Source of the DNA: a virus
Strand: one strand, 5' to 3'
IMG/VR virus record: IMGVR_UViG_3300032018_000001
Location: 77,807-141,806 of that record
Length of the DNA stretch: 64,000 bases
In this document: positions 54,573-64,000 of the stretch, one piece after another
Layout: the number at the start of each line of letters is the position of its first letter
Position numbering within the stretch: position 1 is the first letter of the stretch
Made by a program: the position numbers and the translations under genes
Notes under the pieces: generated by a model
Databases searched by the model: none
What the model was told of the DNA's origin: nothing
What the model saw: only the letters and a program-made list of their open reading frames with translations

Positions 54573-55946
54573 ATGGAAAACGGAATCTACAAAATCTCTG
54601 AGTCAAAGCTGGAAGCGGTGAAGGCAAAAGTCCTGGTGATGAATAGGAAAGCGGCCAAGCTGGGTACGGAGCCTGTTGTGCCTTCAGTAGTAGGTGAAGA
54701 GATGCGGCCGGTTTACGAAAAAGATTTGCTGTCTGGCGAATTTACGGACAAGGTTTTATACCAGCGGAAAATAATGCTGGTCAGCTTTTCTGGTGAAGCG
54801 CCAAGGCTTGACGGCTGGGCTTTCGTTGCTGCGGTGCTTCACGGCGAGAAGGAAAACATTTTCCGCCAGCTGCGCCATGACATTTCAATTCCAAAAGAAT
54901 TCAGGACTTCAGCTTATACCCGGTGCGACCATTGCAATACAGAGCGCTACCGGAAAGACACTTACCTACTGAACAACGGCGCGGACTGGAAGCAGGTGGG
55001 CCGTTCCTGCCTGAAAGATTTCCTGGGCGGCGTCAATCCTTCCTCTGTACTTTCCGCGGCTGAAATGATTTCCAATTTCCGTGAAGAGCTGGAGGAGTAT
55101 GAATCTGAGGGCGGCAGCGGCGAGCGCGGCTACCGGGAGCGCCCTTACTATCCTTTAAAGGAAGTCATGCTGGTAGCTGCTCGCTTTATCAAAACTTACG
55201 GATTCAAATCTTACGCGAAGGCCTCAGAGGAAATGGCGGAGAGTACGGCTACTTCTTACTGTGTGCGCGGTTTCTTTTCGGCCAAGAAAGAAGACAACGC
55301 TGAGCTGAAGCTGGAGCCTGTGACTGAAGAGATGGCTGCGGAAGCTGCGGCTGCTATCAAGTGGGCTGCTGAACTCCCTGAGGATTCAGATAATGATTAC
55401 CTGTGGAATATCCGGGCTGTGTCCCAGAATGAAAGCATTGATGAGCGGATGATGGGCCTTGCGGTTTCAATTCTTCCTGCTTATCGCCGGGAACAGGAAA
55501 AGAAAATGCCTGACTTCGTGGATGATTACTACGGTCAGGTGGGTACTAAGATTGATGTCATAGGCGTGGCCCTGAGGGAGATACCGTTTGAGAGTCAGTG
55601 GGGCGTTGGTTGTATCATCAAGTTTCGGGTTGATGACAAGCTTGTGGTATGGAAAACCAGCGGTACAGGACACGTTACTGTGGGCGAGAAAATCAGAATC
55701 AAGGCTACTATTAAAGGCAACGATATTTATCAGGGCAAAAAACAGACTGTGATTACACGGGCGAAACTGATGAGTCCTGAGAGCGTGAACTATAAAGGCC
55801 AGTGCGGTGATTGTGATAAGTGTGAGCCCGGAGGCATTCAGTCTCAGTGGCGCTGTAAAAAGCATGGCGTGGATACTAACCTTAACTGGGACTGTAAAAC
55901 TGTCAAGCAACGTAAAAAAGAATTAGAAGTACAGGAGGTAAAATGA
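54573..55946 (+). CDS. conserved phage early protein with Zn ribbon and OB-fold
   Basis: RCDHCNTERYRKDTY..QVGRSCLKDFLG; ES.WG...VWKTS...IKAT.K..Y.G.KQT.I.R. Confidence 0.7.
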   Translation: MENGIYKISESKLEAVKAKVLVMNRKAAKLGTEPVVPSVVGEEMRPVYEKDLLSGEFTDKVLYQRKIMLVSFSGEAPRLDGWAFVAAVLHGEKENIFRQLRHDISIPKEFRTSAYTRCDHCNTERYRKDTYLLNNGADWKQVGRSCLKDFLGGVNPSSVLSAAEMISNFREELEEYESEGGSGERGYRERPYYPLKEVMLVAARFIKTYGFKSYAKASEEMAESTATSYCVRGFFSAKKEDNAELKLEPVTEEMAAEAAAAIKWAAELPEDSDNDYLWNIRAVSQNESIDERMMGLAVSILPAYRREQEKKMPDFVDDYYGQVGTKIDVIGVALREIPFESQWGVGCIIKFRVDDKLVVWKTSGTGHVTVGEKIRIKATIKGNDIYQGKKQTVITRAKLMSPESVNYKGQCGDCDKCEPGGIQSQWRCKKHGVDTNLNWDCKTVKQRKKELEVQEVK

Positions 55947-56007
55947 ATTATGAGGTGCTGTTAGAATGCTATGCCGGTAGGAAGCTTGAAAATTCTACAT
56001 CTGGTCT

Positions 56008-56304
56008 GTGACGCAGGGCGAGATTTTCAGGCCCCTGCGGGAATTCATCAAAGTGAAGAGCACCATTTTCGGAAAGCTGATTGAGTGCCCTATGTGCTTT
56101 GGGGTCTACACGGGCTGGCTGGTACAGGGCCTGATTCTTTGGAGTACGGGCGAGCCGGTGAAGGCTTATCATATCCTTTACGGATTCATAAATTCCTTCT
56201 GTGCCTACTACCTGATTGTCATCATAAATACCGTGGAGGAGCACTGCGTTTACATAACGGAAAAAAGAAAAACTGAGCCGCTACGCATGAAAGATGCGGC
56301 TTAG
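56008..56304 (+). CDS. DUF1360-like membrane protein (5' end apparently disrupted)
   Basis: T..EIFRPLRE...KLIECPMC.G; upstream RBS/ATG 55943 is in another frame. Confidence 0.5.
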   Translation: MTQGEIFRPLREFIKVKSTIFGKLIECPMCFGVYTGWLVQGLILWSTGEPVKAYHILYGFINSFCAYYLIVIINTVEEHCVYITEKRKTEPLRMKDAA

Positions 56305-56328
56305 CGTATTAATATAGGAGGGTATGGG

Positions 56329-56514
56329 ATGTCAAACAAATCAAAAGGTATATATTATTTTAACCACAAAGCGGGCGCTGAAGGTTCAGCACGCAGTATT
56401 GCCGATGCTAAAGTTGAAAAACTTCCTAATGGTAGGTGGGTTGTCTCTCGCATGAATGGCGTGGGCAATATGCGAATAAAAGAATACCTGAGAATTAACG
56501 GGGAGGTAAATTAA
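56329..56514 (+). CDS. early hypothetical protein
   Basis: CGTATTAATAT motif + GGAGG RBS. Confidence 0.55.
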   Translation: MSNKSKGIYYFNHKAGAEGSARSIADAKVEKLPNGRWVVSRMNGVGNMRIKEYLRINGEVN

Positions 56515-56699
56515 TGAATGCAACAAAAGCTGCAATAAAGCTGCTTAAGAATCCCGGCGCGGCGTCTGATGGTGCGCTCATAATGGCAGTGAGGCAGGTA
56601 CTGGGATATTCTGTTTATACGGCCCTTGAGGGTCAGAATCTGTATTCTTCTACAGATTTACGGACGGACATTAAGGATTTTGCTTCTCTACTAAAGTAG
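56514..56699 (+). CDS. early hypothetical protein
   Basis: GGAGG RBS. Confidence 0.55.
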   Translation: MNATKAAIKLLKNPGAASDGALIMAVRQVLGYSVYTALEGQNLYSSTDLRTDIKDFASLLK

Positions 56700-56707
56700 G
56701 AGGAAAA

Positions 56708-57247
56708 ATGTCACAGATACCAACAGGTGAAGGTTATGAGTCAGCGCATGCACGGGCCGCAGCTCGCCGGGTGATTGTGGAGGCCCAGAGGCGGACTGAC
56801 CAAACCCGCGGAGTCTGAGAAAGCGTTTCAGCTTCACGTGGAATTTAACGAGTTGGCTACTGATGACCTTATACGAATAGTGGCTTACGTTCAATTTAAG
56901 GAGGAAGCGTGCGGTACTATCTCTGTAAAACTTCCGGGCTGGTTGATGGTTCAGCGTGCTATGCTTGCTATCAAAAACAACGTGCGTTCCTGGCTAAGCT
57001 TGCCAGCTACGGAGAGGTGCCACCAGACTTCCCTTTGAGCCGTCCGCTGTGTCAGAAGGCCCAGCTGGAATCTCCTGCATGCTTCTCATTGAAGTTTGTT
57101 ATGGGTAGTAGCACCTGCCTTGCCTGCGAGAGTAAGATGCGGCTACGCTGTGAAGCGTTGTTTATGGAAATGGCTGCGGCCCCGGAAGTGGCTCAAGAGA
57201 AAAAGGAAGAGGCTGCGAGACCGGCGCGTGTACCAAATTTACCTTAG
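56708..57247 (+). pseudogene. Cys-rich protein apparently split across three frames
   Basis: strong RBS + ATG 56708 with early stop; plausible coding continues in track ORFs 56775 and 56909. Confidence 0.4.
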
Positions 57248-57255
57248 GAGAAAGT

Positions 57256-57699
57256 ATGATAAAATTATTCAAACGCATTATCGGAAACTGGTGGGTAGTT
57301 AGGCGCTCCTGCTGGCCTTACCCGGCCGGTTACGTCACGTACAACAAATTCAAAAAGACAATGCTTGATTTTGTTCCTACGCTGGAGCAGGCATTGGAGT
57401 TGTGCATGACCTTCGGCAAAGTTGCCGTATCTGGTTATGACCACCCGCTCATGAATAAATTCTTCAAATCAGGCAAGTGGTTTAAAACAATCGGCCGGGA
57501 TAAGACAATTCATTCAACGAAAGATACACGACAAGAAGTGCTATGGTCGAATTATAATCCTGAAAACCAATCGAGCATATTCGCGAATGACAGCCAAACA
57601 ACAAACACCCGAGGAAATATTACAAGACATATATGCCCGTGCGGTTGCCGCACAAAAGAAAGCGGTTATATCAGACCGGGAAATTCGGGAACGGGTTGA
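57256..57699 (+). CDS. chimeric ORF carrying a Dam-type methyltransferase C-terminal remnant
   Basis: GKVAVSGYDHPL...RQEVLWSNY with no FxGxG or DPPY motifs. Confidence 0.45.
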   Translation: MIKLFKRIIGNWWVVRRSCWPYPAGYVTYNKFKKTMLDFVPTLEQALELCMTFGKVAVSGYDHPLMNKFFKSGKWFKTIGRDKTIHSTKDTRQEVLWSNYNPENQSSIFANDSQTTNTRGNITRHICPCGCRTKESGYIRPGNSGTG

Positions 57700-57824
57700 T
57701 TATGTATGCCGTGATTGTAATTGTTTATCTTAGTATAGGAGGGAAAAATGAAACAAGAGCTGAAGCAGTTTGAAAAAGATGACCTTGAGCGGGCTGTGAA
57801 TTTCGGAAAGGTGATTATCTACTA

Positions 57825-58139
57825 ATGCGTTACACTATTTTTGAGGCAGACGGCTCTTGGATTTTTGAGGGCCGTGAGCGAAAAAAGAAACCGGTCGCTG
57901 GCTGTACCGGAATAAAACCTGCACGTACTATGCAAAGCGCTCAATCATATAAATCAGCCGGGGAGGCCGCGCAAGCGCTTGCTGACTATCTTCAGGAGCC
58001 CGCTCCGGGACTTAAAGAGCGAGCAACACGCATTGCATTCCTGAAGTCCCGGCTTCAAGCAGAGAGCGGTGATGACGCCAAAGAGACTCAGAATGAGATT
58101 GCTTACTACGAGTCTGGAGAAGATTTACCCAAGCCATGA
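57825..58139 (+). CDS. hypothetical protein
   Basis: ORF track. Confidence 0.5.
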   Translation: MRYTIFEADGSWIFEGRERKKKPVAGCTGIKPARTMQSAQSYKSAGEAAQALADYLQEPAPGLKERATRIAFLKSRLQAESGDDAKETQNEIAYYESGEDLPKP

Positions 58140-58369
58140 ATCACTATCATCCATACGCGGCGTGTTACTGCGGTTACTATGACCGCGGCGATTAAGGTTA
58201 CGGACGGCGGAACGCGGAGAATCCGGGCTGAGGTTGAAAAGGCCGGTGACGGTGCCTACCACGAATTTGATTATGACGATTACAAAAACGCCGTGATAAT
58301 GGCCCCGGAAAAGGAAATGAGCCTGAGTGCTTACGCGAAAGAGAAGGGCTGGCAGTGAGTGGTATCGTA

Positions 58370-58461
58370 TAACTCATTGATTTATAACCTTATACCGTGA
58401 TAAAGAAAAAGATAAATACTTTCATTATTTCCTTGCATTCCTGATTGTAAATGCTTATATT
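58370..58461 (+). promoter_or_regulatory. repeated early promoter with upstream IHF-consensus site
   Basis: TAACTCATTGATT 58370-58382; TTGCAT-17-TATATT 58433-58461; same spacing as 54238 copy. Confidence 0.8.
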
Positions 58462-58475
58462 ATAAGTGTAGGGAA

Positions 58476-58736
58476 ATGAGTCAGAAAGAAAATCAACTGG
58501 AGGTCAGAATGAAAAAGAGTCAAATGAAAGCAGTTGCGGTAGCGGACATGGAAGCGGCAGGCATGGATGTTTCCAGCATTTCTTCAGTGATGGATGACAA
58601 CCCGATGATGCTGATGGAAGGGCGGAAGGAAAAGTCCCTGCGATACCAGGACGAAAACTACTCTGCGGAAATGGTGAATCAGGAAGCGGTGATTGATGAG
58701 ATGGTCATGATGGCCGAACTGGGACTGGGATTCTAA
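58476..58736 (+). CDS. Met-rich acidic early protein
   Basis: after promoter; alternative start 58509 with GGAGG. Confidence 0.6.
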   Translation: MSQKENQLEVRMKKSQMKAVAVADMEAAGMDVSSISSVMDDNPMMLMEGRKEKSLRYQDENYSAEMVNQEAVIDEMVMMAELGLGF

Positions 58737-58850
58737 CAATGGCACGGAGTAGCCGCAGAGTCCTTGTTATCGGAAGGTAACAGCTTTGGGAAACATGCGG
58801 GTAATGGATAAAGTCGTTCTCCGTGCTTTTTAAATTTAAAGAGGTGAAAA

Positions 58851-59524
58851 ATGGCAAAGTCAAAAAGCAAGGTTTCTGTGGCGGAAGCGGTAGCGGCGGT
58901 CAACGCGATGAATCCCCTGGACATGCTTAAGGCGAGCGCGGTGCCTGTGAGCGAGAAGAAAAAGAAGGGCAGCGCTCCGGTAGTCAGCCTTCCCGAAAAC
59001 CTGGAAGGGAACATGAAAGCCTTCATTGAGGCCAAGGCCCTGAAGGAAAATGCGGAAGCGGCAATCGCCTTGAATGAAGCGCCCATCCTTTCCTTCGTGC
59101 GCGGCATTCAGGATGACGCCGGGTGCGCCAAGGAGCCTTTCGTAGGTTCCTACGATTTGGTCTTCAACCTGAACGAGAATGAAAAAGGCAAGGCCAAATT
59201 TGTTAGTGTGGACAAATTCAAGCCTGCTCAGGATGCTGAGCTCAAGGGAGAGCTGGCCAGGGTTGTAGGCGAGAATAATGTGGGCCGGGTTGTGAAGGAA
59301 GTCATCTCCGTGAAGCTCAAGGAGTCGGTCATTGACAGCAGCGGTATGGTTAAGGAATTCCTGAAAAAGATGGGCGCTGACCTGACAAGTACTTTGACGT
59401 GGAAAGCAAGCTGGTTGCCGTCAAGGAACTGAATCGGAACATCTACGAGCTCGCCGGGTACGACAAGGTGAAGGTGGCCAAGGTGCGCGAGCTGGTGAAG
59501 CAGGACAAACCCAGCATCCGGTAG
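58851..59524 (+). pseudogene. early protein with 1-nt deletion near 59384
   Basis: restoring one G gives ..GADLDKYFDVESKLVAVKEL..DKPSIR-TAG with matching codon bias. Confidence 0.6.
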
Positions 59525-59642
59525 TCGCTGGGAAAAATTCAAACGGAGGACAAGCAATGAAGAAAATGTAAATCCTTTGGCGTGGGAATCGTGCGGGGGC
59601 CGCAAGGCCCTGCCCTTGATAAGGGAAAGGAGAGACGATGAA

Positions 59643-59888
59643 ATGAAAAAAATTGCTGAACTAAAAGAGCTGCTTAAGGTCTTGCTCGGTAAATACGGTC
59701 TGCCTGCTACGGATGACCGGATAGTATTCTTTGAATTTAAAATCAGACTTTTTGTTCCTTCAGGCTTGCCTGTAGGATTCAAAAAAGACCTGGATAAACT
59801 GCTCTCTGGCAACGGGCTTTATCGTAGCATCTCAGATTCTGATTCAGAAGTGATAACCATTTTAGAGAAGGGATGGCCGGTATGGTAG
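59643..59888 (+). CDS. hypothetical protein
   Basis: AAGGAG upstream. Confidence 0.5.
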   Translation: MKKIAELKELLKVLLGKYGLPATDDRIVFFEFKIRLFVPSGLPVGFKKDLDKLLSGNGLYRSISDSDSEVITILEKGWPVW

Positions 59889-60033
59889 TGATTCATCCAA
59901 AGAAAAACAAATTCTCCGGGCCTCTGGTTGACGAATTCATGAAGAAGGGTTTTGAGTTTGCCCGGCAAACGCCTTCTGCGGTTTATCTCTGCAAGAAGGG
60001 TGTAACAATTAAAATCATGGTGGGGAGGCGCTG

Positions 60034-60243
60034 ATGGTGTACACTCTTGAAATGGAAATAAAGAAGCTCAAAGCCAAGAAGGCTGAGCTTGATAAGTACG
60101 AATTTAATCCGGGCTTTGTGGATAGCAGGATAGTAGGAGCCCAGATTGATGCTTTGCAGAAAATCGTAAGCGCTGATTTGCGGGCTCAGCTCGGCCCTGA
60201 TTTTTCTCTTGGTACAGGGTTAGGCCCTGAGAAGGCAGGCTAA
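60034..60243 (+). CDS. hypothetical protein
   Basis: GGAGG RBS. Confidence 0.55.
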   Translation: MVYTLEMEIKKLKAKKAELDKYEFNPGFVDSRIVGAQIDALQKIVSADLRAQLGPDFSLGTGLGPEKAG

Positions 60244-60854
60244 TGTACTGGTTTCCAAATCGCCCTAAGCTGATGACCAAAGTGATATTTAAAGCTATGG
60301 ATGACCCTATCACCGGGGAATATTGGTCAGCGGAGATTAAGAAAAAGGGTGACAGGCTGGTGCTGCTATTTGATGGAAAGCACTTTCGCTTCATGAATCG
60401 CCATAAGCAGGAGATGCGTTACAAACCTCCTGCGGGCATGCTCGATGAGCTGCATGCTATGAATTTGAAAGGGCCTTGCCAGCTGGACGGCGAACTGATG
60501 CACTATCATACTAAGGAGACAAAAAACTTCATTTACTTCTACGACATTTATGTGCAGGACGGCGAGCAAGTCCGGGAGTTATTGAGTAGTAGGCGAAAAA
60601 GACTTGCTGACCTTATTAATATGGTGAGCCCTTGTCCCTTGCATTTTGCTCAGAGTGATGTCTGGGATATTAAAAGCTGCCTACACGGGTACGGCGAGCT
60701 GTTCAACGAAGTGATTAAATGCCCTGAGCATGAAGGGCTGGTCTTTAAAAATAAGAATGGGATGCTGGAATTTGACCCGATAAAGTCTCCGGATGTTCCC
60801 TGGATGATAAAAGTAAGGCGTCCGGAAAAGAATCACAAAATTTTTGAGAGGTAA
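60243..60854 (+). CDS. ATP-dependent ligase-like nucleotidyltransferase domain (no OB domain)
   Basis: EIKKKGDR (motif I variant), LDGEL, FYDI, EGLVFK, WMIKVR. Confidence 0.75.
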   Translation: MYWFPNRPKLMTKVIFKAMDDPITGEYWSAEIKKKGDRLVLLFDGKHFRFMNRHKQEMRYKPPAGMLDELHAMNLKGPCQLDGELMHYHTKETKNFIYFYDIYVQDGEQVRELLSSRRKRLADLINMVSPCPLHFAQSDVWDIKSCLHGYGELFNEVIKCPEHEGLVFKNKNGMLEFDPIKSPDVPWMIKVRRPEKNHKIFER

Positions 60855-61042
60855 CAGTGATATACTTCAACGGTGGAAGATTTTACATGCAGCTTAAGCC
60901 TGCGGGCTCTTGGCAAAAGAAAAGGCTGCGAGCACTATGCACTCTGGAGGCCGGTAAATAAATTCTTATTCTTTTGGGTTTCGGCGGGTAGAGCTTTCTG
61001 GCTGGGTATGTCTGGATTTTAAAAAGTTGAAAGGAGGTACTA

Positions 61043-61267
61043 ATGTCAGCGGAAGTAATAAAAAGATACCCTTTGGATATGCAAGTGTGTGTGCCTAAGG
61101 CTTTCACGGATGCGGAAGTTGTTAAGTTTGCGAATGAGAATAACATCGCCGGTACGAGTAGCGGCTGGCATATTACCAAAGCAGGCAGCAAGTATTTGGC
61201 AGGAGACCCTGAGCGCGTCAAATGTCAAGACCGGCCGGGTCACGTTCACATCATGCTTCACGTATAG
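61043..61267 (+). CDS. conserved small phage protein
   Basis: MQVCVPK.FTD.EV..FAN....AGT..GW; GGAGG RBS. Confidence 0.65.
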   Translation: MSAEVIKRYPLDMQVCVPKAFTDAEVVKFANENNIAGTSSGWHITKAGSKYLAGDPERVKCQDRPGHVHIMLHV

Positions 61268-61541
61268 GAGGGTGTTATGAAAGAGCCCAAGCTTGTCTGC
61301 AAATGGTGCCTTCGCTTTGATTGCGAAGTCAAAGGTGGCGTTCGCAAGGCCTGCCCGGCTCCTTGCCTGATGACAATCGGCGCATGGTCATAGCAGGTGC
61401 TAATGCTTCTTTTGAAAAGGGGCCCATGCGGGACTTTGTGGAATTCCTTGCGGAAATGATAAGCAAGGTTATGAAAAAATAATCTTTTGCTTGAAAAGCT
61501 TTTTCGGCGTATTAATATTTATATTATTCACGGAGGCAAAG

Positions 61542-62099
61542 ATGAACGTATCAGTAGTAGTCAAAGCGCTTCAGCACGGCAAAGAGGTTGTCCGAAAGCT
61601 CGACATCTCTTTCTCCCTGCTGAAATTTGGCCCGGAGTCCAGTAACCAGATTAAACTCAGGAAACTCATTGACCTGCTGGGGGAGTACCTTGCCCGTGAT
61701 AACTTTTTTGGCTACTGCCACGAGAGTATTTCTGTCAAGTGTTCTTACGGCCTAGCAGAAGCGGCCATTTCCTTTAAGGACTGGGCTGATGGTATCAGAA
61801 TTGCAGAAACGGAAATGTCCGTGCTACTGCTCAAAGAGCCTCAGGCTCTAGCGGAAGCGGATGACCCGCGCCTGAAGATTCCTAAAAAGAATCTTAACTT
61901 CGATGCGGCACATGCTATCCATGACCCGGATGCCAAGGGCTACTGCAAGCACTGCTTCAGGAAAATCAACAAACACAACATGAATGCTTTTTGCGAGCAG
62001 CGGCGTAAGGACATGCTGGCTGACGCTATGCCCGCGGAAAAGAAAAAGCGTATTGAGCAGGAAGCGGAACAGTACGCACTTTCAGGATTCAGGAGGTAG
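61542..62099 (+). CDS. hypothetical protein with C-terminal Zn-finger-like motif
   Basis: CGTATTAATAT motif, GGAGG RBS, CKHC...H....C. Confidence 0.6.
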   Translation: MNVSVVVKALQHGKEVVRKLDISFSLLKFGPESSNQIKLRKLIDLLGEYLARDNFFGYCHESISVKCSYGLAEAAISFKDWADGIRIAETEMSVLLLKEPQALAEADDPRLKIPKKNLNFDAAHAIHDPDAKGYCKHCFRKINKHNMNAFCEQRRKDMLADAMPAEKKKRIEQEAEQYALSGFRR

Positions 62100-62100
62100 T

Positions 62101-62544
62101 ATGAGCAGTGGAATGGGAAAAGGCTATTGGTTGAATCCGGAAACACAGAAGTTTGTCCAGGTGGAGCGCCACGAGATTTCTGCCAAAGACAAGCACGACC
62201 AGAAAGCACTAGGTCTCAGCAAAGAGCAGATGCTGGTACTGGATTTGGCCAAAGGCGATGAAGATTCTATTCGTTTGAAGGCTGTCAAGGTCGGATTGAT
62301 TCGCCTGCGGGATACTACAGACGGAGTTCACGTTCAGTTTTATGCTGAGCGTAATGAGGTTCATGGTTTTTTGGAAGCCATTTCTTTTATGATTAAGAAA
62401 ACGGAACTTAAGACTTCGTGGACAATATCCATAGAAAATATGCATCCCAGCGCCAAGGATTATGCCAGTCTGCCAATGGAAGAGTTTATGAGCTCTATTG
62501 AAGACGGCAAAGCAATCATGAAGGAATCAAGAAAAAGAAAATAA
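62101..62544 (+). CDS. hypothetical protein
   Basis: AGGAGG RBS before ATG 62101; GYWLNP..H. Confidence 0.65.
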   Translation: MSSGMGKGYWLNPETQKFVQVERHEISAKDKHDQKALGLSKEQMLVLDLAKGDEDSIRLKAVKVGLIRLRDTTDGVHVQFYAERNEVHGFLEAISFMIKKTELKTSWTISIENMHPSAKDYASLPMEEFMSSIEDGKAIMKESRKRK

Positions 62545-62733
62545 TTGCCGAAACAGGAAACTGTCTGCTGTGAGGTGGCTCCTCACGGTGCTGATGATGG
62601 CAAGCTAAAGCCGGTAGCGTTGTTGGCGCTACGGAAAAGAAAATTTTACCTGAGTAAGGTGTTGGCCAGCGCCGGTGACTTTATCACTGCTGTGAATTCC
62701 AGTTTCAGCTTTTCTTTTGTGTAGGAGGGTGCT

Positions 62734-63336
62734 ATGCGTGACTTCAAGCTGATAAAAGAAACAACTCTGTCGCGGGTGTGGCGGCATTTTACGAATGCTA
62801 AAATACCCGTTGGCATGATTTCCGCTTACACAAAGGTTCCTGCGGAGGCTGATTCCGGGGAAGTCAAGCGGCTGGACAAAGAGAATCTGTCAAGAAATAA
62901 ACGTCTGGCCTCAGAGGTGAGCGCGGCCGGGTACGGCTACGTCTTTGTGGATGGCAAGTATCGCTACAAGGACGGCGTTATGGGCGATGAGCAGACGCTG
63001 CTTATCGTAGGCGGAGAGAAGGACAACGGACGCCTTCAGGGCCTGCTGCAGGACTGGGCTGACAAGTATGACCAAGAAAGCGTCCTGTTCAAGGCTGAGG
63101 GTACTACGAAAGCCAGCCTGCTGTATGCGAGCGGGAAGCTGGAGCCGCTGGGAAGTATCAGTCCGGACAAGGTGGCGGACATTTACACAAAGCTTAAAGG
63201 CCGCGGAGACAGGACGTTTACTTTTGAGAAAGCTGTCTATCCGTTTTCATGGATGGAGAACATGCTACGGGAGAACATGATTACGAATCACAAGCTTTCA
63301 GAAAAAGAAATCGCCCAGTACCGGCGTTACTGTTAA
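62734..63336 (+). CDS. T4-like phage conserved protein with LxE-cleavable N-terminus (putative internal protein)
   Basis: LIKE-TTLSRVWRH, GMISAY, N..RN..L, G.Y, EQT, KYDQESVLF. Confidence 0.65.
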   Translation: MRDFKLIKETTLSRVWRHFTNAKIPVGMISAYTKVPAEADSGEVKRLDKENLSRNKRLASEVSAAGYGYVFVDGKYRYKDGVMGDEQTLLIVGGEKDNGRLQGLLQDWADKYDQESVLFKAEGTTKASLLYASGKLEPLGSISPDKVADIYTKLKGRGDRTFTFEKAVYPFSWMENMLRENMITNHKLSEKEIAQYRRYC

Positions 63337-63391
63337 GTCTCTTGAAGTCAGAGGTCTTGACTCCCTCTGATGGCATTTTTACCTCTTCTTA

Positions 63392-63422
63392 AAAAGCCCG
63401 GTGAAAGCCGGGCTTTCTTTTT
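63392..63422 (+). terminator. intrinsic terminator
   Basis: AAAGCCCGG-tgaaag-CCGGGCTTT plus T-tract. Confidence 0.75.
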
Positions 63423-63447
63423 CCCTTCTTGGGCGTATTAATATAGT

Positions 63448-63663
63448 ATGGAAGAAGATAAAAGGCTGATAGGGCCAGACCCTGCATTTTTTGGTTTTAT
63501 GCAATTACAGAAGCGGGAGGGCGGAGCTTGGGATTTTGAGCAGGCCCGCGTCATGTTTCAGACAGTGCATTTTGATACCATTTACTGCGTGAGAATTGAT
63601 AAGATGCTTATAGAGAAGTGTCACTCTTGCGCGGAAGCTGCGGCATTCTATGAGAGAACCTAA
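63448..63663 (+). CDS. hypothetical protein (probably leaderless)
   Basis: ATG 3 nt after CGTATTAATAT. Confidence 0.55.
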   Translation: MEEDKRLIGPDPAFFGFMQLQKREGGAWDFEQARVMFQTVHFDTIYCVRIDKMLIEKCHSCAEAAAFYERT

Positions 63664-64000
63664 TTTTCCCATTGAGCGGCATGCCAAACTTTCCAGCTTG
63701 GCCGGGAATATTAACCAGAAAATGTTTATCGACTTCTTTATTCAGGAAGTATCCCTGAGGGAGAGGCGCGGCCGTACACAGCTGGTAGGGCCTACGGTTG
63801 AATCCAAGTATGCAAAGATGCTTACCGGTATGGCTGTGCGCATTTGGCAAGTTAGCATTGACATGAAGGTGAGTGTGGTCAACCTAATTTTCATTTTCTT
63901 GAACAGGTACTATGCGTTTTTTATCAAAGAAAATCCTCTTAACAAGATGACATACTACTGGGACGAATTTTTGATTGATATTAGGAACCATGAATATTTA

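Noticed and set aside
1-64000. Stop-codon reassignment explaining broken genes
   Set aside because: TAA, TAG and TGA all end well-supported genes, and long ORFs are intact under code 11.

Overview
64-kb fragment of a large T4-like (myovirus-type) phage genome, almost entirely + strand, standard genetic code (TAA, TAG and TGA all terminate genes). 1-9.8 kb is an accessory/early region: GroES, a TOPRIM protein, a HAD nucleotidase, a Tad1-type anti-defence sponge, a tmRNA with a very long tag, and a RAMP/Cas7-like gene flanked by 5-nt-periodic GYA-NN arrays. 9.9-52.5 kb is a morphogenesis module: protease-scaffold, gp23-like major capsid, EndoVII-type endonuclease, neck, many putative internal head proteins, Thr-rich decoration proteins, sheath, tube, chaperone with a -1 frameshift site, tape measure, baseplate and fibres. 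52.5-64 kb holds small early genes behind repeated sigma70-type promoters, several of them broken by frameshifts. No terminase, portal, integrase or polymerase is visible. The best candidate for a new system is the stand-alone Cas7-like gene (8956-9549, one in-frame TAA) with four pentamer arrays (8891-9689), a putative RNA-guided system with a non-contiguous guide. Second is a poly-Thr / poly-Thr-SG(V/I/M) tag plus a shared ~100-aa module on several virion proteins. All family calls come from motif recognition by eye; no database searches were run.
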